IMG/VR virus record: IMGVR_UViG_3300020047_013271
Location: 4,476 to 68,475 of that record
DNA length: 64,000 nucleotides
Origin: a virus
Lineage: Duplodnaviria; Caudoviricetes
Reading direction: 5' to 3' (one strand)
Below, piece by piece: positions 1-10,804 of the stretch (position 1 is its first letter; each line of letters begins with the position of its first letter). The position numbers and the translations under genes were made by a program. Under the pieces are notes generated by a model. It made no database searches, was not told the origin of the DNA, and worked only from the letters and a program-made list of their open reading frames with translations.

Positions 1-516
1 TGTGAAAATCTATCGAAACTCTCAACTCCAAGCTTTGACAAAGGACTTTTGATAGTTGGTCACTTTGGAAACGGAAAGACCGCTACGATGCGTGTTTTTG
101 AGCGAATCTTTCAAAACACAAAAGGAATGTCATTCAAGGGATATACAGCCAATGAAGTTGTGGGAATGTTCGAAAAATGTAACGATGATGCCTCGAAGAA
201 AGAGTTTGAACGAAAAATGAATTTTGGATCAAGATATTTTGACGATATAAAAACAGAACGTATCGCATCGAACTATGGCAAGGTAAACATCTTCAAGGAT
301 ATATTCGAAACTCGCTACAACAACAGAATACAGACCGTAAACGACAAAATATTAATCAATAAGACTTTTGCTACTTGCAATTACAAAGATGGTTACGAAG
401 GAAATTTAGAGGTCGCCGTCGATGAATTTCTTGAAAAATACGGCGGTAGAGTTTACGACAGATTATTTGAGATGTACAACATCATCGAGTTCAAGGGAAA
501 ATCGTTCAGAAAGTAA
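1..516 (+). CDS. DnaC/IstB-like P-loop ATPase (helicase loader), 5'-truncated by the window edge
   Basis: Frame is open from base 1. Walker A GHFGNGKT, Walker B-like YFDD, and C-terminal GGRVYDRLFEM..IEFKGKSFR typical of DnaC/IstB ATPases. Confidence 0.8.
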   Translation, partial: CENLSKLSTPSFDKGLLIVGHFGNGKTATMRVFERIFQNTKGMSFKGYTANEVVGMFEKCNDDASKKEFERKMNFGSRYFDDIKTERIASNYGKVNIFKDIFETRYNNRIQTVNDKILINKTFATCNYKDGYEGNLEVAVDEFLEKYGGRVYDRLFEMYNIIEFKGKSFRK

Positions 517-532
517 CTAAAAATTCAAAACT

Positions 533-757
533 ATGAACGCCATAACTCAAAGAAACCGATTAGAATCACAGCTAAAAAGCTATAAGGATTTTGTTCCTTT
601 TTGCCCGGCGGACGGATTGCTAAAACTCATCGGAGAAATGACCAAAATCATCCAAAGAATAGACAAAATAAAGGAGCTTGATATTGATGAATTAGTCAAG
701 GAAGTTCCCTTTTATTTCGACACAAAACAAAGTAAAACTAATTTTAGAACAGTATAA
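533..757 (+). CDS. hypothetical protein
   Basis: 74-aa ORF co-oriented and tightly packed in the operon. Confidence 0.6.
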   Translation: MNAITQRNRLESQLKSYKDFVPFCPADGLLKLIGEMTKIIQRIDKIKELDIDELVKEVPFYFDTKQSKTNFRTV

Positions 758-758
758 A

Positions 759-962
759 ATGAAAGACTACATAGGAGTTCGTTGGATAGAGGAGCATCAA
801 AAGTGGAACGCAAGTATAAGATGTGATGGAGTAACTTATCCTTGCGGTATGCATGTTGACCAAAAAGAAGCAGTAAAAGCCCGTGATAAGATGATTATTA
901 CGAAAGGATTATCAACAAAACTCCAATACTTCAAACCATTGGCTAAATCTAAAACTAAATGA
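759..962 (+). CDS. AP2-like DNA-binding domain protein
   Basis: YIGVRW...KWNASIR......G......EAVKARD pattern of AP2/ERF-like phage domains. Confidence 0.65.
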   Translation: MKDYIGVRWIEEHQKWNASIRCDGVTYPCGMHVDQKEAVKARDKMIITKGLSTKLQYFKPLAKSKTK

Positions 963-1132
963 ATATCTATCATTTTGAATATTGGTTCCGGCATGGAAAC
1001 TTTGAGAAGGATTTCGAGAAAGTAGAGATTAAAGCTGATTCCGAAGCCGAAGCAAATCTTATCGTAAAAGATTTAATGCCTTGGGTGTTTTCAATAAAAT
1101 TATTATCAATTAACGGAGAAAAAACAAATTAA
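959..1132 (+). CDS. small hypothetical protein (57 aa, not in ORF track)
   Basis: ATG overlaps the upstream TGA (ATGA); translates MNIYHFEYWFRH...GEKTN*. Confidence 0.55.
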   Translation: MNIYHFEYWFRHGNFEKDFEKVEIKADSEAEANLIVKDLMPWVFSIKLLSINGEKTN

Positions 1133-1135
1133 ATC

Positions 1136-1480
1136 ATGAAAAAAGAAACTATCAAAGAAGTAAAGGATTTATCGTATTGGAAATTAAATGCTGAAGAAGA
1201 TTATTTAAAAGTCCCAATTAGCGTGTTGAAATATATCAGTGAACTTGAAACAAAACAAGAAAGAATGTATAGTGAAGAAGATATGCAAACTACTTGGAAT
1301 TCATCAGAACAGAATATGCGTTTTCAATTTAGTAGTTCAGTATATAAGAATATTACATTCGAAAAATGGTTTGAACAATTTAAAAAGAAAGATACCTGGT
1401 ACAACGAAGAGCAAACAACCGAGAGAATGAATATCATCGGTCAAAATGGAAATGATGGAACGCACTACGATAACAAATAA
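1136..1480 (+). CDS. hypothetical phage protein
   Basis: 114-aa ORF in operon. Confidence 0.6.
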   Translation: MKKETIKEVKDLSYWKLNAEEDYLKVPISVLKYISELETKQERMYSEEDMQTTWNSSEQNMRFQFSSSVYKNITFEKWFEQFKKKDTWYNEEQTTERMNIIGQNGNDGTHYDNK

Positions 1481-1691
1481 AACTATGAAACTAAGAGAGC
1501 AAATTAAATTATGTGTAGATAATGACCAATTAGAAAAAGTATCCGATGATTTTGCTATTGGATTTGCAGAGTGGTTATATCATTGGACTAACACAAGATT
1601 GCAAAATGGTAATTGGATAATTGGTTTAGGGTTAAAAGCATATACTTCAGAAGAAGTCTTGCTAAAATATAAAAAAGAAAAAGGACTATGA
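1446..1691 (+). CDS. hypothetical phage protein (true start may be the internal MKLREQ)
   Basis: ORF in operon; stop overlaps the next start. Confidence 0.5.
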   Translation: MEMMERTTITNKTMKLREQIKLCVDNDQLEKVSDDFAIGFAEWLYHWTNTRLQNGNWIIGLGLKAYTSEEVLLKYKKEKGL

Positions 1692-2137
1692 GATGCCTTA
1701 ACTGCAAGCAGAAGTTCGTTCCTTCCTATTTCCTTCAAAAACATTGTGACTCTGAGGAATGTAATTATTCAAAACAAGAATATCAATCAATGAAAATGGC
1801 TAAAACTAATAAGCCTTCAAAAGCTATCCCTAAATTCTCTGATAAGCGTAAAGTAGAAAACCTCAAATACCTTGCTCAAAGAATAGTGTTTTTAGGAAAG
1901 AAGGAGAATCAAATTTGCTTCATTGACGGATGCAAAAAAGAAGCAACTACAATAGAGCATTCGGCAGGTAGAATTGGATTTTATGATGATTGGGCAAGAG
2001 ATAATAATGTTTCTCTTTATTTAGACCAACGTTTTTGGAAACCATGCTGCCATGCTCACAATTTAGAGCTTGAGAATAATCCGGAATTATCAAAAGAATA
2101 TCAACTGTCAAAAATCCACGGAGGTAAAAAGCTATGA
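1688..2137 (+). CDS. NinG/HNH-like Zn-binding nuclease
   Basis: N-terminal CxxC...CxxxxC; C-terminal C...C...EH...CCxxHN resembles an HNH core. Confidence 0.55.
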   Translation: MRCLNCKQKFVPSYFLQKHCDSEECNYSKQEYQSMKMAKTNKPSKAIPKFSDKRKVENLKYLAQRIVFLGKKENQICFIDGCKKEATTIEHSAGRIGFYDDWARDNNVSLYLDQRFWKPCCHAHNLELENNPELSKEYQLSKIHGGKKL

Positions 2138-2631
2138 GCCAAAATAAATCTATTACCATAAAAATGCCTCTTATCACACACATCGCATACACTCAGAATA
2201 AAACAAAATCTGATAAAAAGATGAAGATAAATGGTCAAACTATCTACAATGGTTCATTGAATAAATTCAAGCGAGCTATTGTCGTCGAAAATATGCACTA
2301 CTATTTCAACTACAATATTCCTGATGAGTTTCTAAACTTAAACATAGGCGAAGTAGAGAGTATAGACTACATTTTCCACACAGTAATTAATCACGGAAGT
2401 ATTACAATGCGAAATGGAAATCGATGTTGGAAACCGGCTAAAAAAGATTATGTACCCAATTGGGATATCAAAAATCTACGGGATATTTGGGAGAAAACCG
2501 GAGATGATGCATTAGTACTTTCAAAAGTGATTTCCGATGATAACGTAGGCGTTTTGAGGAAAGGTTCTTATGAGTTTCGAGAAGTGGAACACATTGATGA
2601 TTTAGAGTTAGAAGTCATAATAAATTACTAA
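2134..2631 (+). CDS. RusA-like Holliday junction resolvase
   Basis: WDIKN...EKTGDDAL....ISDDN matches the RusA acidic catalytic pattern. Confidence 0.65.
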   Translation: MSQNKSITIKMPLITHIAYTQNKTKSDKKMKINGQTIYNGSLNKFKRAIVVENMHYYFNYNIPDEFLNLNIGEVESIDYIFHTVINHGSITMRNGNRCWKPAKKDYVPNWDIKNLRDIWEKTGDDALVLSKVISDDNVGVLRKGSYEFREVEHIDDLELEVIINY

Positions 2632-2633
2632 TT

Positions 2634-2858
2634 ATGGCAAAACTACCAAGTAAAATAATCATAACTCCTGAGATAAAAGAGCGTCAATTAAAACTACGCT
2701 CTTTCCTTAGAGAGAATAAAGGAATAGAGTTCAAAGAGTTACGCCCGATTGGATTTTCAATAAATATTAGCACTATTCCTGAAGATAAAATAAATGAATT
2801 CCTTTCTATTGCAAATTCGACAAAAATCATTCAAAATGAGGAAAACCGTAAAATATAA
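2634..2858 (+). CDS. hypothetical protein
   Basis: 74-aa ORF in operon. Confidence 0.55.
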   Translation: MAKLPSKIIITPEIKERQLKLRSFLRENKGIEFKELRPIGFSINISTIPEDKINEFLSIANSTKIIQNEENRKI

Positions 2859-3135
2859 AAAAAATAAAATCAGTAATTGCACCCACTAAAACCCCCAAAT
2901 TATGGCAAAATTAAACATGCAACAAAAAGATTATCTCAAAGGAATTGATTCCAACAAAAAACGCAAAAAACTAAAAAAAGCATTCAAAAAAGTAAACGAA
3001 GAAAAGGAGTTAGAAGATTTTACCAAATTATTGATTAAATTGCTCAAAACTCTTAAATCCGATCAAAATAAAAAACCATGAAAAATACAAATGACATTGT
3101 AGTTGTTGATTTCGAAATCGTAAAACCAAAGTAAT

Positions 3136-3170
3136 AAAAAAAGCCTCTACTTAATTGCAGAGGCTTTTTT
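3136..3170. terminator. bidirectional intrinsic terminator
   Basis: AAAAAAAGCCTCT-loop-AGAGGCTTTTTT between convergent operons. Confidence 0.85.
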
Positions 3171-3173
3171 ATT

Positions 3174-6100
3174 TTATTCTTCTTCGTCGATATTATATTC
3201 TTTTTTCTTTTGCTTGATAATCTTCATAGTTTCAGCAATTGATTCATCACTTCCCGTCAAATCTATTTCTGAAACTTCTTCTTTTGTTAAAGCCACATCT
3301 TTTGATATGTAGTATGGGAGTTTTTGTTGCTGTGCAATTTTAATTTCTTGCAACATTTTTATTTTACTCTCAACTCTCGTTAATTTATCATCAACTCTTA
3401 TTTTATCTTTTTCAGAATCGGAAAGTTCGAATAAAGCTTTCTTCTTAGCTTGGTCTTTTATGAATTTTTGCTCTGGAGTATTTCCTTTTTTAGATTCATA
3501 TTCCTGAACGTTTCCAAGACCTAATATTGAATATGCAGTCAGGAACGCTTGAACTCCTTCATAATCTTTTTCTTTTGCTTGTTTTACAGAACCGATAAAC
3601 ATAGGGTAAAAGGAGTAAGCATCTTCTTCTGAAAGTTTTCCTCCAAATGGTGTTACTCTATAAGTTTCTCCAGTAGCTTTATCCACTTCTTCTGTTGAAG
3701 TCATATATTTATGAAATATTTGAAAACCAGGCGATTCTTTATTTATTAAAAATTTTGTAGCTGCGTCACCTCTGCTTTCAATTCCTCCATAACCTTCTCC
3801 AAACTTAACTATAGTTCCGTCTGACTTTTTAGTTTCTTCAGTTAATAGTCTTGCGTACAATGAAATTAGTGGAATGTATCCACCCCAAAAGTCAGCTCTA
3901 AAATTTCCAATTTTAATCTTCCCAAAATCAGAACTTCTCGGATCCGTTTCTAATGTTGCTTCCTCTTCGTCGTCGTCTTTAAATGCATTATAAGAAGCCA
4001 TTATAAACAATATTGTAGCCGACGTTGAAACTACTGACTTAAACATTGTAGCCATTGCCATTTTATTTGCTACTGATGGCTTAAAGTAATTTCCATTTTT
4101 AAAATCCGTTGAATTAGTATGTTGTAATCCATAATAAATAGGATTTAATTGTTGCATTACTGAAGCCATATTTTTAAATGAAAAGAAAAATACATTTAAT
4201 GCTTTTTGATTAAGTTCAAATCCGGCTGGCTTTGCTCTTCCTGAAAAAGTCCTAATGTAACTCGCTAATAATTTATAATCTTCCAAATGATTTATCTCAT
4301 CTTTACCTTCGGCTTTCAACCGTTCTACACCCCTTACAAATTCTTCAAAACGAAGTTGATTTCCATAAATACTCAATCCTCTTTCGACGGCTTCAAATGC
4401 ATTTATATTTTTCCACTGTTCCTTAATTGAAAACTTTTCTTTTTGCTTTATATCAACTTGGTAGTTTTGAAATAATTTATTGTAACGGGATTTTACTGAG
4501 TTAATAAAGCTATCTCCAACTGAACTTCTCTTAGAATTAACAAATTGTTTTCCTCCTAAAGATTCTATGGCTAAAACTGGTGAACTCCAAATAAAATGTA
4601 ATAAATTACCTGAAGCCATTTCCTCACGTACTTCATTTCTTAAATCAGGATGTGTCATTCCAATATCAAGTTTTTTAGCCAAAGCATGAAGCGGATGTCC
4701 TATCAATTCAGACATTACTTTGTTCGTTTTATTTTGCGATCCAATAGCGCCAAACAACTTTATAAACTTACGTCCCAATTCTTTTGGATTTCTCCATAAT
4801 TCACTATAAGTAAAGCCTCTTAACTGAATTCCTATTAAACCTAAATCTAAAGATGCTTTTACAGCACGAGCTAATCCAAGAGCTTCCAATCCCTCATCCA
4901 TTATTTTCTTGGCACGAGATCTGTTTTTTAACTCCTGCAAATACTTCATTTTTTCGTACTCTTCATAAATAGCTTCTTTTTCAGCACGCAAAGTATTCAA
5001 TTCATTATCAGCTAAAATTGGCTTAATTTCTTTTTTAGCAAAATCCTTGTTTTTTATTTTTGTGTTTAAATCCTCTATTTGGTTTTTAATACGAGTTTTG
5101 GCTGTTTTTAGGCGTTGTTGTTCTATTAACCCCGCTTCTTGTCTTAACTGTTTTTTAGTTTCTAATAATGCCTTTTTAGCAGTTCTTAGTTCTTCAATTT
5201 TTTTAGATGTAGCCGGCGTCGGTTTTTCCTTAAATGAAATATCATTAGTATCAATTTCTTCTTGTATTTTTTTAATAGAAGTTTCTAATGATTTTTCTGC
5301 GCTTGCTATTTTTTGTTCTTCGGTCAATTCCGGTTTTCCAACTAAATCATCAAGAATTTGTTTTTTAGCATCACGAATAGTTTTTAAAGCAGTTGCTTCT
5401 TCATCAAGATTTATTGAAGTTCGTTCTACTTTACGTTTTTCTCCATTGGCAATTTGCTTGTCTAAATCCTCTATTTGGTTTTTAAGATGTGATTTTACCT
5501 TATCAATAGCATTGGCCCATTGTTTTTCTAAATCAATAGGTTCCAAGTTTAATTCCTTGGCAAGTCTATTAATATTTCTTCTTAATTCTCTTGCTTTTTG
5601 TTCTGATTTTGGTCTTTTTAATCCACTTTTCAATGGCATTTGTCCATTCATAACATCATCATAAGCAGATAATAATCGGCCATATTCTTTCAGTTTATTT
5701 ACTTCAGCAGTAATCTCATCTTTGTTTGGATTAATTTGCTTTCCGTATCCAGTCAAAGCATCACGAATATCCCTAACATCTGCATCGGGGAATTCGTCTG
5801 CAATATCATCTTTTATTAAAGCTGCTATTTCGTCAATATCCGTATAACCTTGCTCTACATAATCACGAAGCATTTGTGCAGGGATTTTTATTTTCCCTTC
5901 TTCGTTTATGGTAATGCTTTGTAAGTCTGTTACTTTTACATCTCCTTTCCCTCCGGCGTTAGCAAATAATTCAGGTAAATGCTGTCTTGCGCTTTTACCT
6001 AATTCTTTTAGTATTTCGTTTGAGAAATTTGAGAAATCTCCTTTAGCTGTTTTTAATACTAATCCTAAATATTCTCTAAACTCCGGATCAACTAATAAAG

Positions 6101-9100
6101 CAGGAATTCCTGTTACGTCATTTGCTCTCGCAAACTTATTACGGAGTTCTTTTTTACGATTTTGCTCTTGTGGCGTTAATCCTGATTTATTTTTTTTTGA
6201 TGCTTGATTTTTACGCTCAACATCTTCCTTAATATTTTTTATAGCTAAATCATCTTCTGCTTTTTTAGCTCTTTCCTCAGCTACTTTAGTACGTTCTTCA
6301 ACGTCTTTAAGTTTTTGTTCTAATTCCTCGAATTTAGCTTTTACGTCAGCAGGAATTTCACCATTTGGATCATTTCTTTTCCAATCTGAAATTTGTTTTT
6401 TAAGGTTATATTTTAAGGTTTGGTTTTTATTATAAATGTAATTCATAATAGCAATACCTTGTCCAGCATCACGAATAGCTTTGTCAAAATCATCTGAAAC
6501 TTCCTGAAACTTTTGAATCAATGCTTCTCTATCTTCAGGATTATTATTTATTTCATCTGAAATCTCGGTTTTCAAACGTGTTAATGCCTCATCATAAATA
6601 AGCATTTTCACATCTGAGTTTGTAATTAATCCATCTTTGATTGCTTTCAATGCTTCCGAAGCTCCAACCTTATCAATAAAAGCCATAGCTTCATCATTAG
6701 CTTCTTGTTGGTTTCTTACATCATAGTTTTCACCAAGTTCTTTTACGGCTTTAGTGATAACATCGGGATTACCTCCTTGAATTAATCGTCCTAATAATGA
6801 TTTTTTACCTGATTTAGTTTTGAAATCATTATCGGCTTTTTTCTCCTCTTCTACCTTCGGATTAATTTTTTCCTTTATGTCGTCGATGTTTACGTCGAAA
6901 TCTATGGTTTTTTTAAGGTGTTCAATAGTTTTGTTGATAGCTTCGTCAATATGTATTCCGGCGGCGATTGCTTGTTTGGCGATATTTGCAATCACTTCTA
7001 CAATGTCAATTCCGTTTTTGTTTAATCCCTCGATGTCGTCAACTTTTATCTTTATTCCAAAGATAGAGTCGATACCGTTTATAGCATCTTTGATATTATC
7101 TACTTTGGCGTCGGATAGTTTTATTCTTTCGGCGATTCTTTCTTTGGTTGTGGGCTTTTTTCCTGATTCTCTCGCTTTTTCTTTAGAAACATCATTTTTG
7201 CTTTGTGGCTGTCCGGAATCTGCGCTAGGCGTTCCTGAATTGTCTTGGCTGTTTTCATAGTTTTCAAGTATTTCTATTTGCTCTTGTTCGCTTAATGAAT
7301 TAAAGTTTTTGTCATATTCTCTCGCTGATTCGTACTCAGAATCATCAACTTCTTTTTGTTCTGCATCTGTAAGTTGATATTCATTTGAATATCGTTGCAC
7401 ATCGTCCAAAGATACAAAATATCTTGCTCTTGCACTTTCAGTTCCAGTTCCTTGCTTATAATTATATCCTCCGGCTTTTTTTGCTTCTGCCAAAGCCTCA
7501 ATTAATCTCTTGGCCGGCACTGAGTTTTCTTTACCACGCTTTATGTCCGATTCTCCTTTACGAATATCAGCCCATGAAATTCCTAAATCTATTCGTTCAA
7601 TTGACATATCGCCATTCCAACTCAAAACTCCTTTGTCAATTTGAGATTTTGCATGGTCCAAATCGCTTACTTCAACTTCTCCCTTAACTTCTCCACCGTC
7701 AACGGAACTCTGTACACTACTTTTTGAATTACTTTTTGGCTTGGCGTTTCCACTTTCTCCCACATTTGAAGCTCCAAGTTGAACGTTTCCATTAGTAGGA
7801 GTATTTGTTTCCGGTGTTGCTTCATCTTCAGGGTAAATTATTTTAGATTCATCTAATACTACAACTTCATTTTCATATTCATTACTCCCTTTATCTATAA
7901 TAGCATCGTACCCTAATTCTTTAGCAGCATCTGATATAAATTTTGAAGGAATCTCATCTATTTCACTTAGATTATCTTTATTATACCTAAAATATGTTTC
8001 ATCCTCATTTAATTTTAACCCTTTTTTTTCTCCATAATCCTTGTCTGCTTTTTCAATAGCCAATGAATTAACTTCATTCCATTCTTTAGACCCGCTATAA
8101 ACTGGGTTTTCAATATTTAATTTTACAGAAGTAGTATTATCACTACCGTATTCATTCTCTACAAGTTCTTTATTTGTTGAAAAGTAAACTCCGGTTCCAA
8201 ATTGTGGTGCATTACTAATTTTTAATCTACCATTCCTCTTACTATCAGAAGCATGATGAAAAATATCTTTCCCTTCTATGTTAAATTTTTTAGAATTAGA
8301 ATCCACTTTATCTTTTGATAATTCCTGCGAAGATAAAGGTTTTTCAACACTCGTAGCAACTACATCTTCTACTGGAGATATAGCCTCGTTTTTTATTTGA
8401 CTGGAATTAGGAGTTTTAGTGACATTTTCTCCTGAACCCTTATTGTCAGTAGGATTGCTTATTTGACTGTTATTTGACTCAACTACCTTCTCGGCTTCGG
8501 CTTGTTGTGGTACTTCGGCTTGTGGTTTGGTTTCGGAGGTTGGGGGAGTTTGTTCATTTTCTGTATTTGAAAGTTCTTTTAAATAATTTTCAGTTGCAAG
8601 TGTTTTAGCGTCTTCAGGTTTAACCTCGAATTTTTCTTTTGTGCCGTCAGGATTATCTCGTTTTGTTATTTCACGACTTGCCTGTGTTAATCGTTTTGCC
8701 TGATCATTTCCTGAGAGTAAATCAAACGGAGTTATAGAGCCATCAATAAGACCGCTTCTTTTTATTTGTAAGGCTTTATAATCCTCTCCTAAAGACGCAA
8801 GTAGTTCTTTCTTATTCGGAAGTTTACTATTGTTAATTTCTTTGGCTTCTGCTTTTATTTTTCCTGCTTGTGAGTTTAATGAAATAATCTCATCATAGGA
8901 AACGTTAGGCATATCTCCGATTTTACCAATAGTACTTGCTATAATTTTTGAACTTTTAGCAGTAACTTTATCTATTTGTTTTTGAATAACTGTTTTTTCA
9001 GTATCTGATAAACCTTCAGTATTTAATTGTTTAGAAAACTCAATTATTTTACGTGAGTTTTCATCAAGAGTTCCTAAATCCTGATTAGACTGAAATACTT

Positions 9101-10802
9101 TTGCTACGGCTCCAAAAACATGTGGACTTCCCTGCAATAGAGTTGTTAGGAAAGCAGTATCCTTGCTTACTCTACCGGTATTGTCAAGCAACCCTACATC
9201 TTCTTTTCCTTGTACGTATCTTGCATTAAAATTTTGACCTAAATTCGTTATGTGTTCACCACCAAATTCTTTTCCAAAATCTTTTATATAACTCTTGAAA
9301 ACTTCTCCGCCACTTTTTTTAATTAAATCAATCTCACCATTCGCCGCCGCCGATATAACTCGACTTCCTTTTTTTAGTATTGATAAAGTAGGAATTTCAG
9401 AAATTACCTCAAACCCTCCTTGCAATAAAGGAATAGAAGCCATTTGTAATGGGGAATAATTCTCTTTTCCATTTAAAACATCTTGGTTTATTTTAGTAAA
9501 TGTTTGTCCTGTAGTAGAAGTTCCTAATGCAACTAATCCTACTGCGCCGGTTGATGTAACAGCTAAAATAGGTAGTTGATTTGCAACTAAATCTGAAGCA
9601 TAATTAACAAATCCTTCTGCGCTTTCTATACTTTCAACGGGTTTACGTAATGCACCACGATACTCATCTAATTTACCTGAAATTTTATTAGCAACTTCTT
9701 GACCTCTCATAGAGTTTAATCGAGCAATAGGGTCTGGACTTAAACTTGAAACATAGTTTACTGCACCAAAAATCCCATTAGCCAATTCTCCGGTAGTAGC
9801 AATTGCATTCCCAATAAAATTATCCATATCACCATAGCCTCTCTTGAATAAATCAAATTCTTGTTCAATAGTTCCTAAGTCAGATTTATTTTTTTGTATT
9901 TGGTCTGAATATTTTTGAATGTTTCCACCTATTTGCTTTATTTCGCCACTTAGACCAATATATTTATCATATAAATCTTGTGGAAATGATTGGTTTTTTT
10001 CTTTTAAAGCTAATAACTGTTTTTCTACATTTTGGTATTCTTTTATTTTTTCATTCCCAACCATTTCCATAGCAGAAACTACTTTGAATTTTTTAAGATT
10101 TTCCTCCTGTAAATGAACAGCTTTGTCAGCTCTACTTTGCTCAAGTATATTTTTATCTTCTACGTCAAGGTTATCTAAATATGAATTAGCCCTGTCAATA
10201 AATAAATTATCTTTTTCTTTCTCTTTAAAAATTTCTTCGGCTCTTGTATTTTTTTGAGTTTCGGTAAGTGTTATTTTATTTTTTTTTGCCTCTAATAAAG
10301 CTTGTTTTTTTTCATCTTCAAAAGGGTCTTCACTTATTTTAGCTCCTTGCAGTCCCATAAGATTAGGACTTGTTGCTGAAACAGCATCAATAACAGTATT
10401 ATAAGCCTTTTTAGTTAAGTCTTCTGCCGTATTCCAAAAACCTTTATTAGCCTTTCTGTCCTGAAGTCTTTGTTCCGCTACAGCATCATCAGTATTGTCT
10501 TTTGTAGAAGCATAGAACGAAACTTCTAACTCTTTAACTCTTTTTGACTTAGCTAATTGTTTTGCTTTTTCTAACTCATAGTTCGGCTGAACTCCTAATC
10601 CCGGAGCTACACTATTTGTATCAATTTTAGGAAATCCTTTGCCACCCGAAGAACCAATAGGAGTTTCCGAAACCGATTTTTGAGTTTTTACAGTAGAAGT
10701 AGATTTTTTTTTTTCATTATCTCCTAAAATATCAGAAGGAGAAGGAATTGAATTTTTTCCTAATATATCGCTTGGACTTGGTATTTTAGTAGGTTCTGGC
10801 AT
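3174..10802 (-). CDS. giant virion/ejection protein of polyvalent type (2542 aa) with internal ADP-ribosyltransferase-like domain
   Basis: Last gene of the virion operon; long helical/coiled-coil segments; internal HHAS..FGTGVYFS..YG..V.L.I.NP..GYDAII..NEVVVLD motif; C-terminal DPRSSDFGKIKIG..DFWGG motif seen in large phage polyvalent proteins. Confidence 0.7.
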   Translation of the reverse strand: MPEPTKIPSPSDILGKNSIPSPSDILGDNEKKKSTSTVKTQKSVSETPIGSSGGKGFPKIDTNSVAPGLGVQPNYELEKAKQLAKSKRVKELEVSFYASTKDNTDDAVAEQRLQDRKANKGFWNTAEDLTKKAYNTVIDAVSATSPNLMGLQGAKISEDPFEDEKKQALLEAKKNKITLTETQKNTRAEEIFKEKEKDNLFIDRANSYLDNLDVEDKNILEQSRADKAVHLQEENLKKFKVVSAMEMVGNEKIKEYQNVEKQLLALKEKNQSFPQDLYDKYIGLSGEIKQIGGNIQKYSDQIQKNKSDLGTIEQEFDLFKRGYGDMDNFIGNAIATTGELANGIFGAVNYVSSLSPDPIARLNSMRGQEVANKISGKLDEYRGALRKPVESIESAEGFVNYASDLVANQLPILAVTSTGAVGLVALGTSTTGQTFTKINQDVLNGKENYSPLQMASIPLLQGGFEVISEIPTLSILKKGSRVISAAANGEIDLIKKSGGEVFKSYIKDFGKEFGGEHITNLGQNFNARYVQGKEDVGLLDNTGRVSKDTAFLTTLLQGSPHVFGAVAKVFQSNQDLGTLDENSRKIIEFSKQLNTEGLSDTEKTVIQKQIDKVTAKSSKIIASTIGKIGDMPNVSYDEIISLNSQAGKIKAEAKEINNSKLPNKKELLASLGEDYKALQIKRSGLIDGSITPFDLLSGNDQAKRLTQASREITKRDNPDGTKEKFEVKPEDAKTLATENYLKELSNTENEQTPPTSETKPQAEVPQQAEAEKVVESNNSQISNPTDNKGSGENVTKTPNSSQIKNEAISPVEDVVATSVEKPLSSQELSKDKVDSNSKKFNIEGKDIFHHASDSKRNGRLKISNAPQFGTGVYFSTNKELVENEYGSDNTTSVKLNIENPVYSGSKEWNEVNSLAIEKADKDYGEKKGLKLNEDETYFRYNKDNLSEIDEIPSKFISDAAKELGYDAIIDKGSNEYENEVVVLDESKIIYPEDEATPETNTPTNGNVQLGASNVGESGNAKPKSNSKSSVQSSVDGGEVKGEVEVSDLDHAKSQIDKGVLSWNGDMSIERIDLGISWADIRKGESDIKRGKENSVPAKRLIEALAEAKKAGGYNYKQGTGTESARARYFVSLDDVQRYSNEYQLTDAEQKEVDDSEYESAREYDKNFNSLSEQEQIEILENYENSQDNSGTPSADSGQPQSKNDVSKEKARESGKKPTTKERIAERIKLSDAKVDNIKDAINGIDSIFGIKIKVDDIEGLNKNGIDIVEVIANIAKQAIAAGIHIDEAINKTIEHLKKTIDFDVNIDDIKEKINPKVEEEKKADNDFKTKSGKKSLLGRLIQGGNPDVITKAVKELGENYDVRNQQEANDEAMAFIDKVGASEALKAIKDGLITNSDVKMLIYDEALTRLKTEISDEINNNPEDREALIQKFQEVSDDFDKAIRDAGQGIAIMNYIYNKNQTLKYNLKKQISDWKRNDPNGEIPADVKAKFEELEQKLKDVEERTKVAEERAKKAEDDLAIKNIKEDVERKNQASKKNKSGLTPQEQNRKKELRNKFARANDVTGIPALLVDPEFREYLGLVLKTAKGDFSNFSNEILKELGKSARQHLPELFANAGGKGDVKVTDLQSITINEEGKIKIPAQMLRDYVEQGYTDIDEIAALIKDDIADEFPDADVRDIRDALTGYGKQINPNKDEITAEVNKLKEYGRLLSAYDDVMNGQMPLKSGLKRPKSEQKARELRRNINRLAKELNLEPIDLEKQWANAIDKVKSHLKNQIEDLDKQIANGEKRKVERTSINLDEEATALKTIRDAKKQILDDLVGKPELTEEQKIASAEKSLETSIKKIQEEIDTNDISFKEKPTPATSKKIEELRTAKKALLETKKQLRQEAGLIEQQRLKTAKTRIKNQIEDLNTKIKNKDFAKKEIKPILADNELNTLRAEKEAIYEEYEKMKYLQELKNRSRAKKIMDEGLEALGLARAVKASLDLGLIGIQLRGFTYSELWRNPKELGRKFIKLFGAIGSQNKTNKVMSELIGHPLHALAKKLDIGMTHPDLRNEVREEMASGNLLHFIWSSPVLAIESLGGKQFVNSKRSSVGDSFINSVKSRYNKLFQNYQVDIKQKEKFSIKEQWKNINAFEAVERGLSIYGNQLRFEEFVRGVERLKAEGKDEINHLEDYKLLASYIRTFSGRAKPAGFELNQKALNVFFFSFKNMASVMQQLNPIYYGLQHTNSTDFKNGNYFKPSVANKMAMATMFKSVVSTSATILFIMASYNAFKDDDEEEATLETDPRSSDFGKIKIGNFRADFWGGYIPLISLYARLLTEETKKSDGTIVKFGEGYGGIESRGDAATKFLINKESPGFQIFHKYMTSTEEVDKATGETYRVTPFGGKLSEEDAYSFYPMFIGSVKQAKEKDYEGVQAFLTAYSILGLGNVQEYESKKGNTPEQKFIKDQAKKKALFELSDSEKDKIRVDDKLTRVESKIKMLQEIKIAQQQKLPYYISKDVALTKEEVSEIDLTGSDESIAETMKIIKQKKKEYNIDEEE

Positions 10803-10804
10803 GT

